Positions 17,577 to 28,529 of a DNA stretch of 64,000 bases are shown one piece after another. How positions within the stretch are numbered: position 1 is the first letter of the stretch; the number at the start of each line of letters is the position of its first letter. The translations under genes were made by a program, and so were the position numbers. The stretch lies in NCBI GenBank assembly GCA_963555815.3, contig CAUVWX020000002.1, positions 64,001 through 128,000 of the forward strand, read 5' to 3'. Source of the stretch: a bacterium. GTDB taxonomy: Bacteria; UBA8248; JACPRG01; G963555815. A model generated the notes under the pieces. That model ran no database searches and was not told the DNA's origin. It saw only the letters and a program-made list of their open reading frames with translations.

Positions 17577-19350
17577 ATAGGCCAGCCCTGCGACATCCTG
17601 GGCCTCGTCTGTTATGGACAGCATGACGCCGCTGCGGTCCTGGTGCGCGACGGCCGAATCCTCGCAGCAGCGGAAGAGGAGCGATTCACCCGCAAGAAAC
17701 TGGATAACTCATTCCCAGAAGAGGCAATCGCCTTTTGCCTGGAGAAAGGTGAGATCGACGTTCAGGATTTAACGGCCGTCGCCCTTGGCTGGGACCCTCG
17801 AGCCCACCGTCTGAACAAGACCCTTTATCTCCTGCGAAACCTCCCCCTCTCTATTTTCCTCGTGGCCCGGTCAGGGAGGCGCCAGTGGCGGATCTTTCGG
17901 ATGGCCTCCCACTTTGTGGAGCAGACCCGATATCGGGGTCCCATCCACCCGATCCGTCACCACCTGACGCATGCGGCCAGCGCCTTCTCCCCCTCCCCCT
18001 TCGAGGAGGCCGCCATCCTCACGGTGGACGGGGTGGGCGAGTGGGAGACCCTTTGGATGGGGTCGGGCCGCGGCCTTTCTATCAAAGAGACCACCTCCGT
18101 GGGATGGCCCCATACCCTCGGGGGGCTCTACGCGGCCGTGACCCAGCATCTGGGGTTTGAGATGTTCGCAGACGAGTACAAGGTGATGGGACTTGCCGCC
18201 TACGGCCGGCCAGTATATCTCGGCCGCTTCCGAGAGATGATCGTCCTCACCGAGGGTGGCTTCCGAATCGATCCAAGCTACTTCGCCTACTTTGTGGGGT
18301 GGAGAATACGGGCCATGGGGCTCATGATCTGTTCCAGAAAGTTCGACAGGGAACTCGGGCCGCCGCGCGCTGCTGGGGACCCCGTTGAAGAGCGCCACGC
18401 TGACCTCGCTGCTTCTCTCCAGGCCAGGACCGAGGAGGTCCTGATTCATTTCGCCCGGGAGGCCGTCAGGCGGTCCGGGCTCCTGAATCTGTGCCTGGCA
18501 GGGGGGGTGATGCTGAACTCGGTGGTGGTGGGGAAGATCATGGAGTCGGGGATAGCCGACTCCATATTCGTGCCCCCCTGCGCCGGGGACGCTGGGGCCT
18601 CCCTCGGGGCTGCCCTCTATGTCTCCCACGTGATGCTGGGCCTCAAGCGTGCGGAGGCGTTTCAGGACGCACGCCTCGGACCGGAGTGGGGGAGAGGAGG
18701 ATATACGGAGGGCCGTCGAGAGGGCTTCCCTTCGATGGACGCAGGCAGATGATCCTGTCGCCTTGACGGTGGAGGCCCTGGAGGCGGGCCAGATCGTGGG
18801 CTGGTTTCAGGGAAGGATGGAGTTCGGACCGAGGGCCCTTGGGGCCAGAAGTATCCTGGCCGATCCCCGAAGGGACAACATGAAGGACCTCGTCAACGTC
18901 AAGGTGAAATTTCGAGAACCCTTTCGGCCCTTTGCCCCCGCAATTCCGGAAGAGCGGTTTTCAGATTTCTTCTTGGGGGCGCCACCCTCCCCGTTCATGA
19001 CGCAGGTGTATCAGGTGAGGGAGGACAAGCGGCATCTGATACCGGCCGTGACCCACATCGACGGGACCGCCCGGGTCCAGACCGTCCGGCGGGACGTGGA
19101 CCCTCTCTTCTGGAGGCTGCTTGAGGCCTTCGGGGATCGAACGGGAGTTCCTGTTCTTTTGAATACCTCCTTTAACGTGAAGGGCGAGCCCATCGTCAAC
19201 AGCCCGACGGACGCCGTCCACTGCTTCCTCAAGGCGGGCCTCGACCTTCTCGTCATGGGCCGCTTTTTGGCTAGAAAGAGGTTGGCCGAGGGCGCCCCCG
19301 AAGAGGAGACTGCTCCCTTAGCCTTCTTTCCCCGGGGTGGGGCGGACTGA
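17577..19350 (+). pseudogene. NodU/CmcH-family carbamoyltransferase, frameshift at G5 18688-18692, no canonical start
   Basis: ILGL..HDAAA..EEERF, HHLTHAASAF, DGVGE, EYKVMGLAAYG, then EFGPRALGARSIL and NTSFN in a shifted frame. The conserved N-terminus extends upstream of 17643 to an ATA at 17577. Confidence 0.88.
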
Positions 19351-19514
19351 GCCTGAAATGAGTTGATCTAGGAAACTGGATGACCCGAGGTCTTCTGCAC
19401 GAGGAGATCCGGGGTATTCAGTTCGTCCTAAGAAGGTTGGCACTTACCGCGACTCCTCTCTAAAACATAAAGCGGCCCTGAAACCGAAGGAGAGAAGGGT
19501 TTACCCTGTGTGGA

Positions 19515-20198
19515 CTATCCCTGGCCCCTCGACATCTCCCGAAAGAGGTACCGGAGGAATCGGAGTCCCGTGGTGAGGGAATGGGCCTTGCTTTCGCCCC
19601 CGATGCGGTGTCCCTCGATGGTGGGGATCTCGCCCACCTTGAGGCCCAGTTTGAGGGCGCGAATGGACATCTGAAACTCGATAGCGAACCCCTCTGCGTC
19701 GGGGTTCATTCGCTGGAACGCCTCCCGAGTGACCCCCCGAAAGCCGTTGATGGAGTCTGAGAGCCGCCCCCCCCAGATGAGGTTTGCCCACCAGGTAAAG
19801 GCACGGTTTGCCCAGGCCCGCCAGGGCAAGCGAAGTTCATCCTCCTCATTCTTCGATCCCGGGAGGAATCTCGAAGCGACGGCCATGTCGTGGCCCAGGC
19901 GGAGGAGATCCAGGAGCTTTGGGATGTCGCTTGGGTCTTCGTTCCCATCAGGGCTGAAGAAAATGAGCCAATCTCCCCGAGCCTCCTGGACGGCCAGACG
20001 AAAGGCCTCTCCCCGGCCGGGTCTTGGCTGAAGGAGGATCCGGCCTCCCCGCTCCCGCCATAGCTCGATGGTCCCGTCCGTTGATCCCCCATCGACGACA
20101 AACCACTCATCCACCGCGTGAAAGGGAACACGGTCTACGAGGGCTCGCGAGCCTTCAATCTCGTTGAAGGTGAGGATGACGAGGGTGGACTGGGTCAC
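19515..20198 (-). CDS. GT2 glycosyltransferase, polyprenol-phosphate sugar synthase-like
   Basis: TFNE, VDGGSTDGT, GRGEA, PDG, ASRF and DSINGFR motifs; GTGA overlap with the upstream epimerase. Confidence 0.9.
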   Translation of the reverse strand: MTQSTLVILTFNEIEGSRALVDRVPFHAVDEWFVVDGGSTDGTIELWRERGGRILLQPRPGRGEAFRLAVQEARGDWLIFFSPDGNEDPSDIPKLLDLLRLGHDMAVASRFLPGSKNEEDELRLPWRAWANRAFTWWANLIWGGRLSDSINGFRGVTREAFQRMNPDAEGFAIEFQMSIRALKLGLKVGEIPTIEGHRIGGESKAHSLTTGLRFLRYLFREMSRGQG

Positions 20199-21175
20199 CG
20201 TTTGAGGGCGGTCTGGGTGAGGTACCACTCAACTGTCCTTTGAAGCCCCTCCGCTAGCGGGGTTCGGGCGTGAAATCCGCACCTCTCCCGCGCCTTGGTG
20301 GTGTCGCAATTTCGGCGTGGCTGGCCTGCCGGTTTAGAGGGATCAAAGCGGATCTCCAACTCGCGCCCTGAGATCTGGATGAGCCTCTCGACCAGTTCGC
20401 GGATGGTGACCTCCTCCTCAGTGCCGAGATTGACCGGGTCCGGTTCAGAACAATGTTCCGCCAGGCGAAGGAGGCCCTCCGCCAAGTCCTCCACATAGAG
20501 GAAGGACCGCGTCTGATCTCCATCTCCCCACACGACGACAGGATTCTCCCCCCCGAAGACCCGCCTGATGAGAGCTGGGATGACGTGGGCTTTTTCCTCA
20601 TCAAAATGGTCTCGGGGGCCGTAGGCGTTATAAGGCCTGGCGATGGCGATGGACATCCCGAACTCCTCGTGGTACATCCGGGCCGCCACCTCGGCGAACC
20701 GTTTCGCCCAGCCATATCCGAGATTGGTGGGTTCTGGCTCCCTGACAAATCCTTCGCTTTCAGGTGTGGGGATGAGGCAGTCGCGGGGGTAGACACAGGC
20801 GCTGCTGACCACCAGGTAGCGCTGCACGCCTTCCTTGCGGGCGGCTTCCAGAAGCTGGATCCCGAGGAGGGCGTTATCACGGAACATGATTCCCTGGTGG
20901 GATAGATTGTAAGCGATCCCTCCCACCCGGGCCCCGAGATTGAGCACCACCTCTGTCCCGCTGACCGTTCGCTGGCAGCACTCTGGCTCTCGGAGATCGT
21001 CCTGAATCCACTCAATATCGTCGAAGACGCCCTCCAGGTTGGCCAGGTCCCCGTTCTCCAGATTGTCGGCGACTCGGATTTGTGCCCCTAAGCTCAGCAG
21101 GCGCTCAACGACGTGGGAGCCGATGAAGCCCGCCCCACCTGCCACGAGAACCCTCTTGTCCTTCCAGAACCCCAT
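20195..21175 (-). CDS. NAD(P)-dependent GDP-sugar epimerase/reductase (Fcl/GME/ColC-like)
   Basis: GGAGFIG, ARVGGI, SSACVYP, YGWAK and HVIPALI motifs. Confidence 0.88.
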   Translation of the reverse strand: MGFWKDKRVLVAGGAGFIGSHVVERLLSLGAQIRVADNLENGDLANLEGVFDDIEWIQDDLREPECCQRTVSGTEVVLNLGARVGGIAYNLSHQGIMFRDNALLGIQLLEAARKEGVQRYLVVSSACVYPRDCLIPTPESEGFVREPEPTNLGYGWAKRFAEVAARMYHEEFGMSIAIARPYNAYGPRDHFDEEKAHVIPALIRRVFGGENPVVVWGDGDQTRSFLYVEDLAEGLLRLAEHCSEPDPVNLGTEEEVTIRELVERLIQISGRELEIRFDPSKPAGQPRRNCDTTKARERCGFHARTPLAEGLQRTVEWYLTQTALKR

Positions 21176-21387
21176 CCAATCCCATCCTGCAAAAAGTTTC
21201 GAAAGCCAAGCGAAGTATATTATACTTTTCAGCCGGAGGAGATCCAGATCCTTCTCAAGGAGGGGGTGAGGTCGCCTTTTTCGAGTACGATATACAGGGA
21301 CAAAGACAGGTATCCCCGGGTAAAAAAGGGGGATTCATCCTCTAAGAGGGCCCCAATAAGGCCCTTTTTCCATGGCGGAATGGTTTC

Positions 21388-22415
21388 TTGAAGCAGCGCG
21401 TCCTCGTCACCGGTATTAGTGGCTTCGCCGGAGGTCATCTGGCTGAGTATGCGGCTGGGCTCCCGGATGTGGAGCTCTACGGGATGGTGCGCTGGCGAAG
21501 CCAAACGAGGCACCTACGTCATCTCGACAAGCGGTTGACGCTCATCGAGGGGGATGTGAGGGACCAGTCCTCGGTCCTGCGTGTGATGCAGTCCGTGAAG
21601 CCTCACCGCATCTTTCATCTGGCGGCCCAAAGCTATGTCCCGACCTCCTGGAACGCCCCCGAGGAATCCTTGACGACGAACGTCCTGGGGACCCTTCACC
21701 TCCTTGAAGCGGCCCGGCAGGTGGGGGGCGACCCCCTGATCCACATCGCCTGCTCTAGTGAGGAGTACGGCCTTGTCTATCCTGAGGAACTTCCTATTCG
21801 GGAGGGCCAACCCTTTCGTCCTCAGAGCCCCTACGCCGTGAGCAAGGTGACGCAAGACCTCTTGGGCTATCAATATTTCTGGAGCTATGGACTGCGGATC
21901 ATCCGGACCCGCGCCTTTAACCACACCGGCCCAAGACAGCGTGAGGTCTTCGCCGTATCTAACTTTGCCAGGCAAATCGTGGAGCGGGAGCAGGGGCTGC
22001 AAGGGGAGCACTCCGGGTGGGAGACCTCCAGGCAGTCCGTGACTTCATGGATGTGGGCGATGCAGTGCGGGGCTACTGGCTCGCCCTGGAAAGGGGTGAG
22101 CCAGGGGAAGTCTACAATATTGCTTCAGGAAAGGGGTATCCGATGGAAGACATCCTGGCTCAGCTCATGGCGACGGGAAAAGTCCAGCTGGACCTGGAGG
22201 TGGATACCTCGCGGCTTCGCCCATCGGACGTGCCGAGGCTGGTCGGAGACGCGTCGAAGTTCAAGGCCCGGACAGGATGGGCGCCCGAAATTCCCTTCGA
22301 GAATACCTTGGCGAACCTCTTGGAATACTGGCGAGGTCAGCTCGCGGTCACGGGCAAGGGACATGAGACCACGAAGCGGGCCGTCGCCAACCCTCCGATC
22401 TCCAAGAGTATCTGA
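21388..22415 (+). pseudogene. GDP-mannose 4,6-dehydratase / Rmd-type SDR, frameshift at G4 22003-22006
   Basis: GISGFAG, HLAAQSYV, SSEEYG, SPYAVSK and FNHTGP; continues as ALRVGDLQAVRDF..YNIASG..LRPSD in another frame. Confidence 0.88.
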
Positions 22416-22479
22416 CGTCTTCCCGCCTGGGGAGAGGAGAGATGCGCCCAGGCCGGCACCGATCGCCAAAAGCTTTCCG

Positions 22480-23706
22480 TTACCCAGAAGCCTGCGATCC
22501 CCTCTCGAAAAATGTCGTGAATGCCTCAATCACGTAGTCGAGGTCTTCTTGGGTGAGGCCTTGATGACACCCGACATAAAAGCCTCGTTGCTCTATGGAC
22601 TGGGCCACCGGATATTGAGCCCCCAGGTTTCCAAAGAGCTTTTGATAAACGGGTTGGCTCAGGAGGGGAAAGAACGGGCGGGTCTCGATCCCCCGGGCCT
22701 CAAGATGCATCAGAAGGGGGGTCCTCACCCCATCCCCCGTTGCCATGAGGGGAAACATCATGAAGGCGTGGCCCCGGTCATCAGGCAGATAGGGCAGTTG
22801 GAGGTGATCCTCAAAACCTTTCAGGTGGCGCAAGAGGTATTCGGCGTTCTGGCGGCGTCGCTGCATCATGGCCTCTCTCTCTTCCAGCTGGGCCAGGGCG
22901 ATGGCCGCTTCGATCTCTGTGGCGCGGTAGCTGTAACCCAATCGGACGAATGAGAAGCGCCGCTCGATCATGGCGGCCATCCGGTCGTCCTCGTCCAGAT
23001 TGTCGTCATCGTCGATGCTGAGATAAATGGAGTCCCGCCCGTGGGCGATGAGGCTCCGGCATATCTCGGCGGACTTTGGGTCGTTCGTCGTAATCAGCCC
23101 CCCCACCCCTGACACCAAGAGATGGGCAGCATAGGTCGAGAAACAGGCGAGATCCCCCATTGATCCGGCGGGACGACCCTTGTAGGCGACGAACATCGTT
23201 TGGGCCGAATCTTCCAGCACATGCAGCTTCTTTTTTTTGGCAATGTCCAAGATGGGATCCATGTCGCAGATGAGACCACAGAGGTGGACTGGGATGATGG
23301 CCCTCGTGCGATGCGTCATCCGCCTTTCGATCTGAGCCGGGTCGAGGTTGTAAGTCCGCGGATCCACATCCACGAAAACAGGGGTCAGCTGATTCTGGAG
23401 CACGATATTCGATGTGGCCACGAAGGTGATGGCGGGTACCAGAATCTCATCTCCATCAGAAAAATCGTATTGCTCCTTTAGACAGGCCAGGGCGACTTGG
23501 AGGGCACTGGTCCCGCTGTTGCAGAAGATGGCGTGGCGACAACCGTGCTCGCGAGCGAAGGCCTCTTCCAGCCGGCGGGTGTATGTCCCATACGTGAGGC
23601 GGTTTGAGTCCAAGACGGCATGGGTATACCTGCGCGCGCGCTCGCTTATCTCGAGATGGCCCAGTCCGATCCGTCGCACCGCGCCCCCATCATCCACCTT
23701 GTTCAA
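22480..23706 (-). CDS. DegT/DnrJ/EryC1/StrS-fold PLP enzyme with His in place of the catalytic Lys (ColD/E1-like 3-dehydratase)
   Basis: NSGTSAL, TFVAT, EDSAQ and FSTYAAHLLVSGVGG motifs. Confidence 0.88.
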   Translation of the reverse strand: MNKVDDGGAVRRIGLGHLEISERARRYTHAVLDSNRLTYGTYTRRLEEAFAREHGCRHAIFCNSGTSALQVALACLKEQYDFSDGDEILVPAITFVATSNIVLQNQLTPVFVDVDPRTYNLDPAQIERRMTHRTRAIIPVHLCGLICDMDPILDIAKKKKLHVLEDSAQTMFVAYKGRPAGSMGDLACFSTYAAHLLVSGVGGLITTNDPKSAEICRSLIAHGRDSIYLSIDDDDNLDEDDRMAAMIERRFSFVRLGYSYRATEIEAAIALAQLEEREAMMQRRRQNAEYLLRHLKGFEDHLQLPYLPDDRGHAFMMFPLMATGDGVRTPLLMHLEARGIETRPFFPLLSQPVYQKLFGNLGAQYPVAQSIEQRGFYVGCHQGLTQEDLDYVIEAFTTFFERGSQASG

Positions 23707-25355
23707 TCTTTTCTTTGAAACACAGCGATCTTCTCGGGCAATGGCCTGCGGATGAGCCCGAGGAGCCGGACGTCCTTTTCAAACCGCTTTATCAGGACGA
23801 AGTCTTCTCTCTCCATGAGCTTCTCCAGGAGATCCCGCTCCTGGGGATTGGAGTCAGAGGTGAAGGAGATGAAATATTGGAATCGGCCCAAGGGGGCAGA
23901 AAGCTCTGGAGTTATTGAGAACTGGAGGGCCGGAAACAGTGAGGGATCATTGAAAGGATATTCACTCCGGTTGATCCCCACGTGGGTCTCCGCCGGGATA
24001 TTCTTCAGAACCCAGCGGAAGGCCTCGGGCCTCACATACGTGTCCTGGATCCGAAGGGACAGGGGATTTAGCGCGCCGCGTCCCAGAAGGAGGAGAGGAA
24101 TGAGGACAAGGACGCCTCCCAGGGCGTAACGATATCCGCTCCTTCCCATCCGATCACTCCATCGCCTCCAAACGACCCATAGAAAATAGGAGGCGAGAAC
24201 CAGAAAGAGGGGAATGACCGGCATGAAATAGCGGCCAAGGACAAATTGGGGTGGGCTGAGGAGAAATTTCCCCAGGAAGAGGACAAGCACCAGGGCGCAG
24301 AACCTCTCCGGCAGGCTTCCCCGGAGGCCGACCAGGATGGCCCCACCCAGGGCGCTCAACGCCAAAAGCCAAGCGCCGTTCATGGAAAGCTGCCTTCCAA
24401 TGGCCACGAAACTCTTCAGAAAGGGAAGATAAAGGCCAGTAGAGGTGGAAGGGACGTGCTGGTTGCCGATCCATGCCAGGTCCGAGATAAATCCCCTGTA
24501 GTCCAAGAAGGAATAGGGGTTCCCGAACGCGAAGCCGAGAAGCAGGAACCCCAGGCCCAGGTAGAGGCGCCAGTCACGAAGTTTTTCCAGAAAGGGAAAG
24601 GAGTGTCCCTTGCCGCGGTGAGGTCTCATCCAGTGAGCCAGAAGGATGGCCGGCATGAGGACGAGGGAATTGTACTTGGTCGCCACGGTCAGACCCCCTA
24701 CGAATCCCGTGAGGGCGTAGAGCCCTCACCCCCGGTTTTCTCCCGAGAGCAGGCGGAGGCAGAGGAGCAGGAAGACTAAGGAGAAAAAGGTCACGGGAAG
24801 GTCGGCTGTCATGGAGGGGTAAAACTCCAAGAAGCTTGGGTATAAAGAGAGAAAAGTCGCGGCGAGAAGTCCAACCCCCGGGCCGTAAAGCTTGAATCCC
24901 AACAGGTAAACTCCGACGATGATGCCAAGGGCTGAAAGGATGGAAACCCATCTCCCGGCAATGTAGACCCTTCGAAGTTCTTCGGGACGTTCAACGAAAT
25001 ACCCCTGCCCTGGAACGGCGGGGAGCTCTATCAGCCTCGTTAGGCTGGCCAGGCCCACAGACGCCCCTACGAGATAGGTGTTCAACGGGCCGACGAAAAA
25101 CGTTTCCAGGCCGAAATAAAGTTTTGACGGCCTCCAACCCTGTATGTTTGCTATGGTCCTGTCCTCGTTCGGAGAGAGGGAGAAGGAATTTGGGACGTTG
25201 GTCAAACTGTGGTCCAATTGAACGACTGCCGACACGAGTGTCCCGATGAGCAGGAGCGGGAGGATGAATCTGGCAAGGGCGTGGGGATGGCGAAAGAAGC
25301 CTTGCTGTTTGTGACGGTCGTCGGATTTTCCGCTCTTGTCCCCTTTGGGAAACAA
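23703..25355 (-). pseudogene. ArnT/PMT-like GT-C glycosyltransferase interrupted by an in-frame TGA at 24726-24728
   Basis: The two ORFs share one frame: ...ENRG*GLYALTGFVGGLTVATKYN...; GRWVS, multi-TM and RYFMP motifs. Confidence 0.8.
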
Positions 25356-25750
25356 ACTATCTAACCTCTCTCAGAGATGACTGGTGATTCATCAAGCCCT
25401 ACAGAGCGCTGGCTTCAATCTTCCTAAGCCGTCCATTCGGGATTGTGCGGGCATCGAAGGTGGCCACATTCTCGGGTTTTCAGTGACCGATGTTGAATAC
25501 GCTGGATGCGTTTTTGTCTGCGCACCGCCTTTTCCACGACGCCTTGGTGCTGTCGCCAGACGAATCCTTGTATATTCTTCTTTTCTCAGCCGGAAAGCTA
25601 TGCTGAGATAGATATCGGGGCCGGTTTATCCTCAATTTGGGGACATCTCAAGTCTGGCTCGAAGCGGAAATGGGAGGGGCCGCTTCAGGGTGTCCTAAGG
25701 ACCCAAACAAGTTTTGTTTGTCCTCGACCAGAGGCGAAAAGTCGAAGCTC

Positions 25751-27409
25751 ATGCAAAGCAGACGCGGCTTCCTCATCCTGGCAGTCTTTTTGGCGGTGGG
25801 CCTGTGGTGGGTCTTTCCCTCTTCCCACCCCTTTCTCGTTGTCTTTCTCCTATCGACTTTTGTCGTGGTCCTCCTTCGAAGGTTTGCCCCTTCTTCCGAC
25901 TTCCCCTTCCTCCTGAAAATTTTCGTTGCCTCTCTTATCCTCCGTGTTGCCTTGGCTGTCGCCACTCATCATGGACTTGGGGGAAGCCTCAGCCTTCCGG
26001 CCCTGGCCCCGGACGCCGAGCGCTACTCTGCCTGGGGGTGGTACATCTCCATGCTTCTACAGGGCCATCAGCTTCAGCTCATGTCCCCAGAGGCCTTCTG
26101 GAGCACCTTCCAGGACACCATCCCCTACGTCCTCCATCAGGACTTTGTGGAGATCGCCGGAGGCGATCGATTTCCCCCCTACTCGGCCTATGCGGTGGGC
26201 TGGTATCCCTATTCCCTGGGGGGACTCTATTACTTGACCGGTTACTTTCCCATCCTCCCGCGCCTCCTGAATACGCTGGTGGGAAGCCTTCTGGTCCTGG
26301 CTGCTTACGCTCTCGGCCGTGAGATTTTTAGTCCGAAGGTGGGCCGTCTCGCGGGCATTCTTTGTGCCTTCTTTCCCTCTCTCATTCTGTGGTCCACCAC
26401 GGGGCTGAAGGACCCTTATCTTGTGCTGCTGATGGTCCTGGCCTGGTTGGGCCTCGTCAAATGGATTCGGATCTGGAAGGTTCGCTGGATAGCGATTTTT
26501 GCCGTTGGGATTTTTGGAATGTGGATGGTGAAACCTGTCTTTGGGGCCATGGGCCTTCTGGCGGCGGGGGGATGGGGGGTGGCTCACTTCGTCCACTTGG
26601 CTGGCAAGAAGACGCGTGTTGCCCTTCTCGTTCTTCTCATCCTCGTCGCCGGCGCCTCCGCATGGCAGTCCTCCATCCCAAGGGACCTCTATGGGAGGGT
26701 CGCCCTCAGCGCGGCCAGGATCCAATTCAAAAATTACTGGAGCGGGGGCCAGGTTTACGCCACCCTTCCCATTTCCACTTTCTCCCAAGCGGACTATCCG
26801 TCGCAACCCCACCCCCCCGGGACCTTTTTCGTCTCACTCCTTCGCGGCTACACCTATTTCTTCTTCGCCCCCTTTCCGGGCCAGGGACATTCGCTGAAAG
26901 ATCTCGCTCTTTCCCTCCACATGGTCCTCGGATATCTCTTTCTTCTGCCGGGGGTGTTGGGGTATTTTCGCGCCTTTCGGTCAGACTGGCGGGCGAATTT
27001 CCCCATCGGCCTCTACCTTCTTCTGGCGGCCACCTTGATGGCTGCCATTGAGGCGAACTTCGGCACCCTCATCCGGCATAGGGATTTTTTGATGCCGCTT
27101 TTGTTGATCTATGCCGCTGGAGGGCTGGCGTTCCTCACCCCTTTGGGGTCTCGGCTCTGGGGGCGAAAGGGCGCCGTTGCCAGAGGACCTGAAGCCCCAG
27201 GGCGGCAAAAAAAGGATGGGGGGGCTCATGGCTTGCACTCTCACCCTCAGGAGGGCGTAGAAGACAAGGGGGACGAGAAACCAGAAGCCGAGGAAGATAA
27301 AGAGGAGGATCGATCCCTCCCAATTTTGGCGCGCCCGAGGGAGACCCAGGAAGGCCAGGAGCATCAGGAGAATGTAGGGGACCCCCAAGACGATCCAGTT
27401 CCTGAGTGA
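25751..27409 (+). CDS. Multi-pass membrane GT-C/ArnT-like (or Wzy-like) protein
   Basis: PDAERY, FPSLILWS..LKD and NFGTLIRHR motifs. The hydrophilic tail after ~27150 overlaps the convergent gene and is probably an artefact of local indels. Confidence 0.75.
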   Translation: MQSRRGFLILAVFLAVGLWWVFPSSHPFLVVFLLSTFVVVLLRRFAPSSDFPFLLKIFVASLILRVALAVATHHGLGGSLSLPALAPDAERYSAWGWYISMLLQGHQLQLMSPEAFWSTFQDTIPYVLHQDFVEIAGGDRFPPYSAYAVGWYPYSLGGLYYLTGYFPILPRLLNTLVGSLLVLAAYALGREIFSPKVGRLAGILCAFFPSLILWSTTGLKDPYLVLLMVLAWLGLVKWIRIWKVRWIAIFAVGIFGMWMVKPVFGAMGLLAAGGWGVAHFVHLAGKKTRVALLVLLILVAGASAWQSSIPRDLYGRVALSAARIQFKNYWSGGQVYATLPISTFSQADYPSQPHPPGTFFVSLLRGYTYFFFAPFPGQGHSLKDLALSLHMVLGYLFLLPGVLGYFRAFRSDWRANFPIGLYLLLAATLMAAIEANFGTLIRHRDFLMPLLLIYAAGGLAFLTPLGSRLWGRKGAVARGPEAPGRQKKDGGAHGLHSHPQEGVEDKGDEKPEAEEDKEEDRSLPILARPRETQEGQEHQENVGDPQDDPVPE

Positions 27410-28369
27410 GGACCCGCCCCAGGTGGGCCTCCAAAAGTTGACGAGCTTTCCTGGCAGGACGGCGAAGAATCGCCCCGGGTGCTCTCTGACGTACTCGAAG
27501 AAGGCCTTGGAGTGGAGGGCGTCTTTTTTTGTCTCTGAGATACCCGAAGGGACGAGATAGGGAAGTGGGCAATCTGCCAGGAGTCGTGGTATCCGTCGTT
27601 TCCCCCCTCGGAGAGGGGATTCGTCCCGGCCCAGAGGGCCTCTCCCGTCCGGGGGACGCCCACAAGGAAATTTCCTTGAAGCTTCAGGTTGTGAAGGGCC
27701 CAAGGAAGGAGCATCAGGACCACCACCCCGGTGGCGAGGGAAACCCCTATCGTCGTCCGGCGGAGCTTTCGTCTTCCCCTCCAGAAGAGATAGGGGATCA
27801 TCAGGAGGACAAGTGTGAGGTAGCCCGGACGGATCAGGGCCGTCGTCCCGGAGAAGAGACCCGCCCAGAAAAAATCTCCCGGTCTTCCCTCTTCTCCCGC
27901 ACGATAGATGAAGAGGAGGGTAAGGCTCGCCAAAAGGATCGTGATCGTCTCTGTCAGAAGGATCGGCACATAGAAGAGATAGAAGGGATACAGGGCGGCC
28001 ATGAAGCCGGCGGTGACCCCCACCCCGCTTCCGAAGAGGCGGCGGCCAAGGAAAAAGAGGACGAGGGCGTTAGCCGCGTGGAGCAGGGACTGGACGAGTC
28101 CGATCCAAAGGGCGGATTCCCCAAAGAGCCAAAAGAGCCCCGCGAGGAAAAGGGGATAGCCTGGCAGCCAACGGGAGGTGGGCACCCCGTCGATGAGATA
28201 GCCCTCCCCCCCCAGAATGGAGCGGGCGAGGGCGGCGTATTGTGTCGAGTCTGGCGTGGTGAGGGCCACCCCCCTCCCCGAAGCTGGAGAAGTTAGCGAG
28301 CGCGGTCCATAAGACCGCCGCCCCAAGGGCTACTCCGAAGATGGCCCACTTCCAGTTAGCCGAGCTCAT
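27135..28369 (-). pseudogene. ArnT-like GT-C glycosyltransferase with three frameshifts
   Basis: Joined segments MSSANWKW..SSFGE / VALTTPDSTQY..PGYPLFL..LTET..RP..PW..HN..AHF / PYLVPSG..KLVNFWR..RVR / FAALGLQVLW..PKG*; breaks at C6 28269-28274, G3 27560-27562 and A7/G7 27207-27224. Confidence 0.78.
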
Positions 28370-28438
28370 GGCTCGCCACTATAGCAAAAAATATTTACCC
28401 TTCCTCAGACAGATTTGAGTTTTTTGCCGCAAGCTTCT

Positions 28439-28447
28439 TGCTATAAT
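28439..28447 (+). promoter_or_regulatory. Extended -10 promoter element
   Basis: TGcTATAAT in the divergent intergenic region ~80 bp before the 28530 CDS. Confidence 0.5.
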
Positions 28448-28529
28448 CTTCGGGGACTGTCGAGCAGCGGCCCTTGCTGTCGAAGACGAGAACCTGCGAC
28501 CCCCACAAGTTCTGGCGAGGACATGGCAG

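Noticed and set aside
22416..22953. C-terminal part of the 521-aa ORF 21388..22953 as a fusion domain
   Set aside because: Produced by the frameshift at ~22005; it runs antisense into the PLP enzyme gene.
24726..24728. Selenocysteine or alternative genetic code at the in-frame TGA
   Set aside because: The position is a loop of a glycosyltransferase with no redox motif, and TGA terminates many other genes in the window.
27135..27409. Long convergent overlap between two GT-C genes
   Set aside because: The tail is hydrophilic antisense sequence crossing A7/G7 runs where an indel is already inferred.
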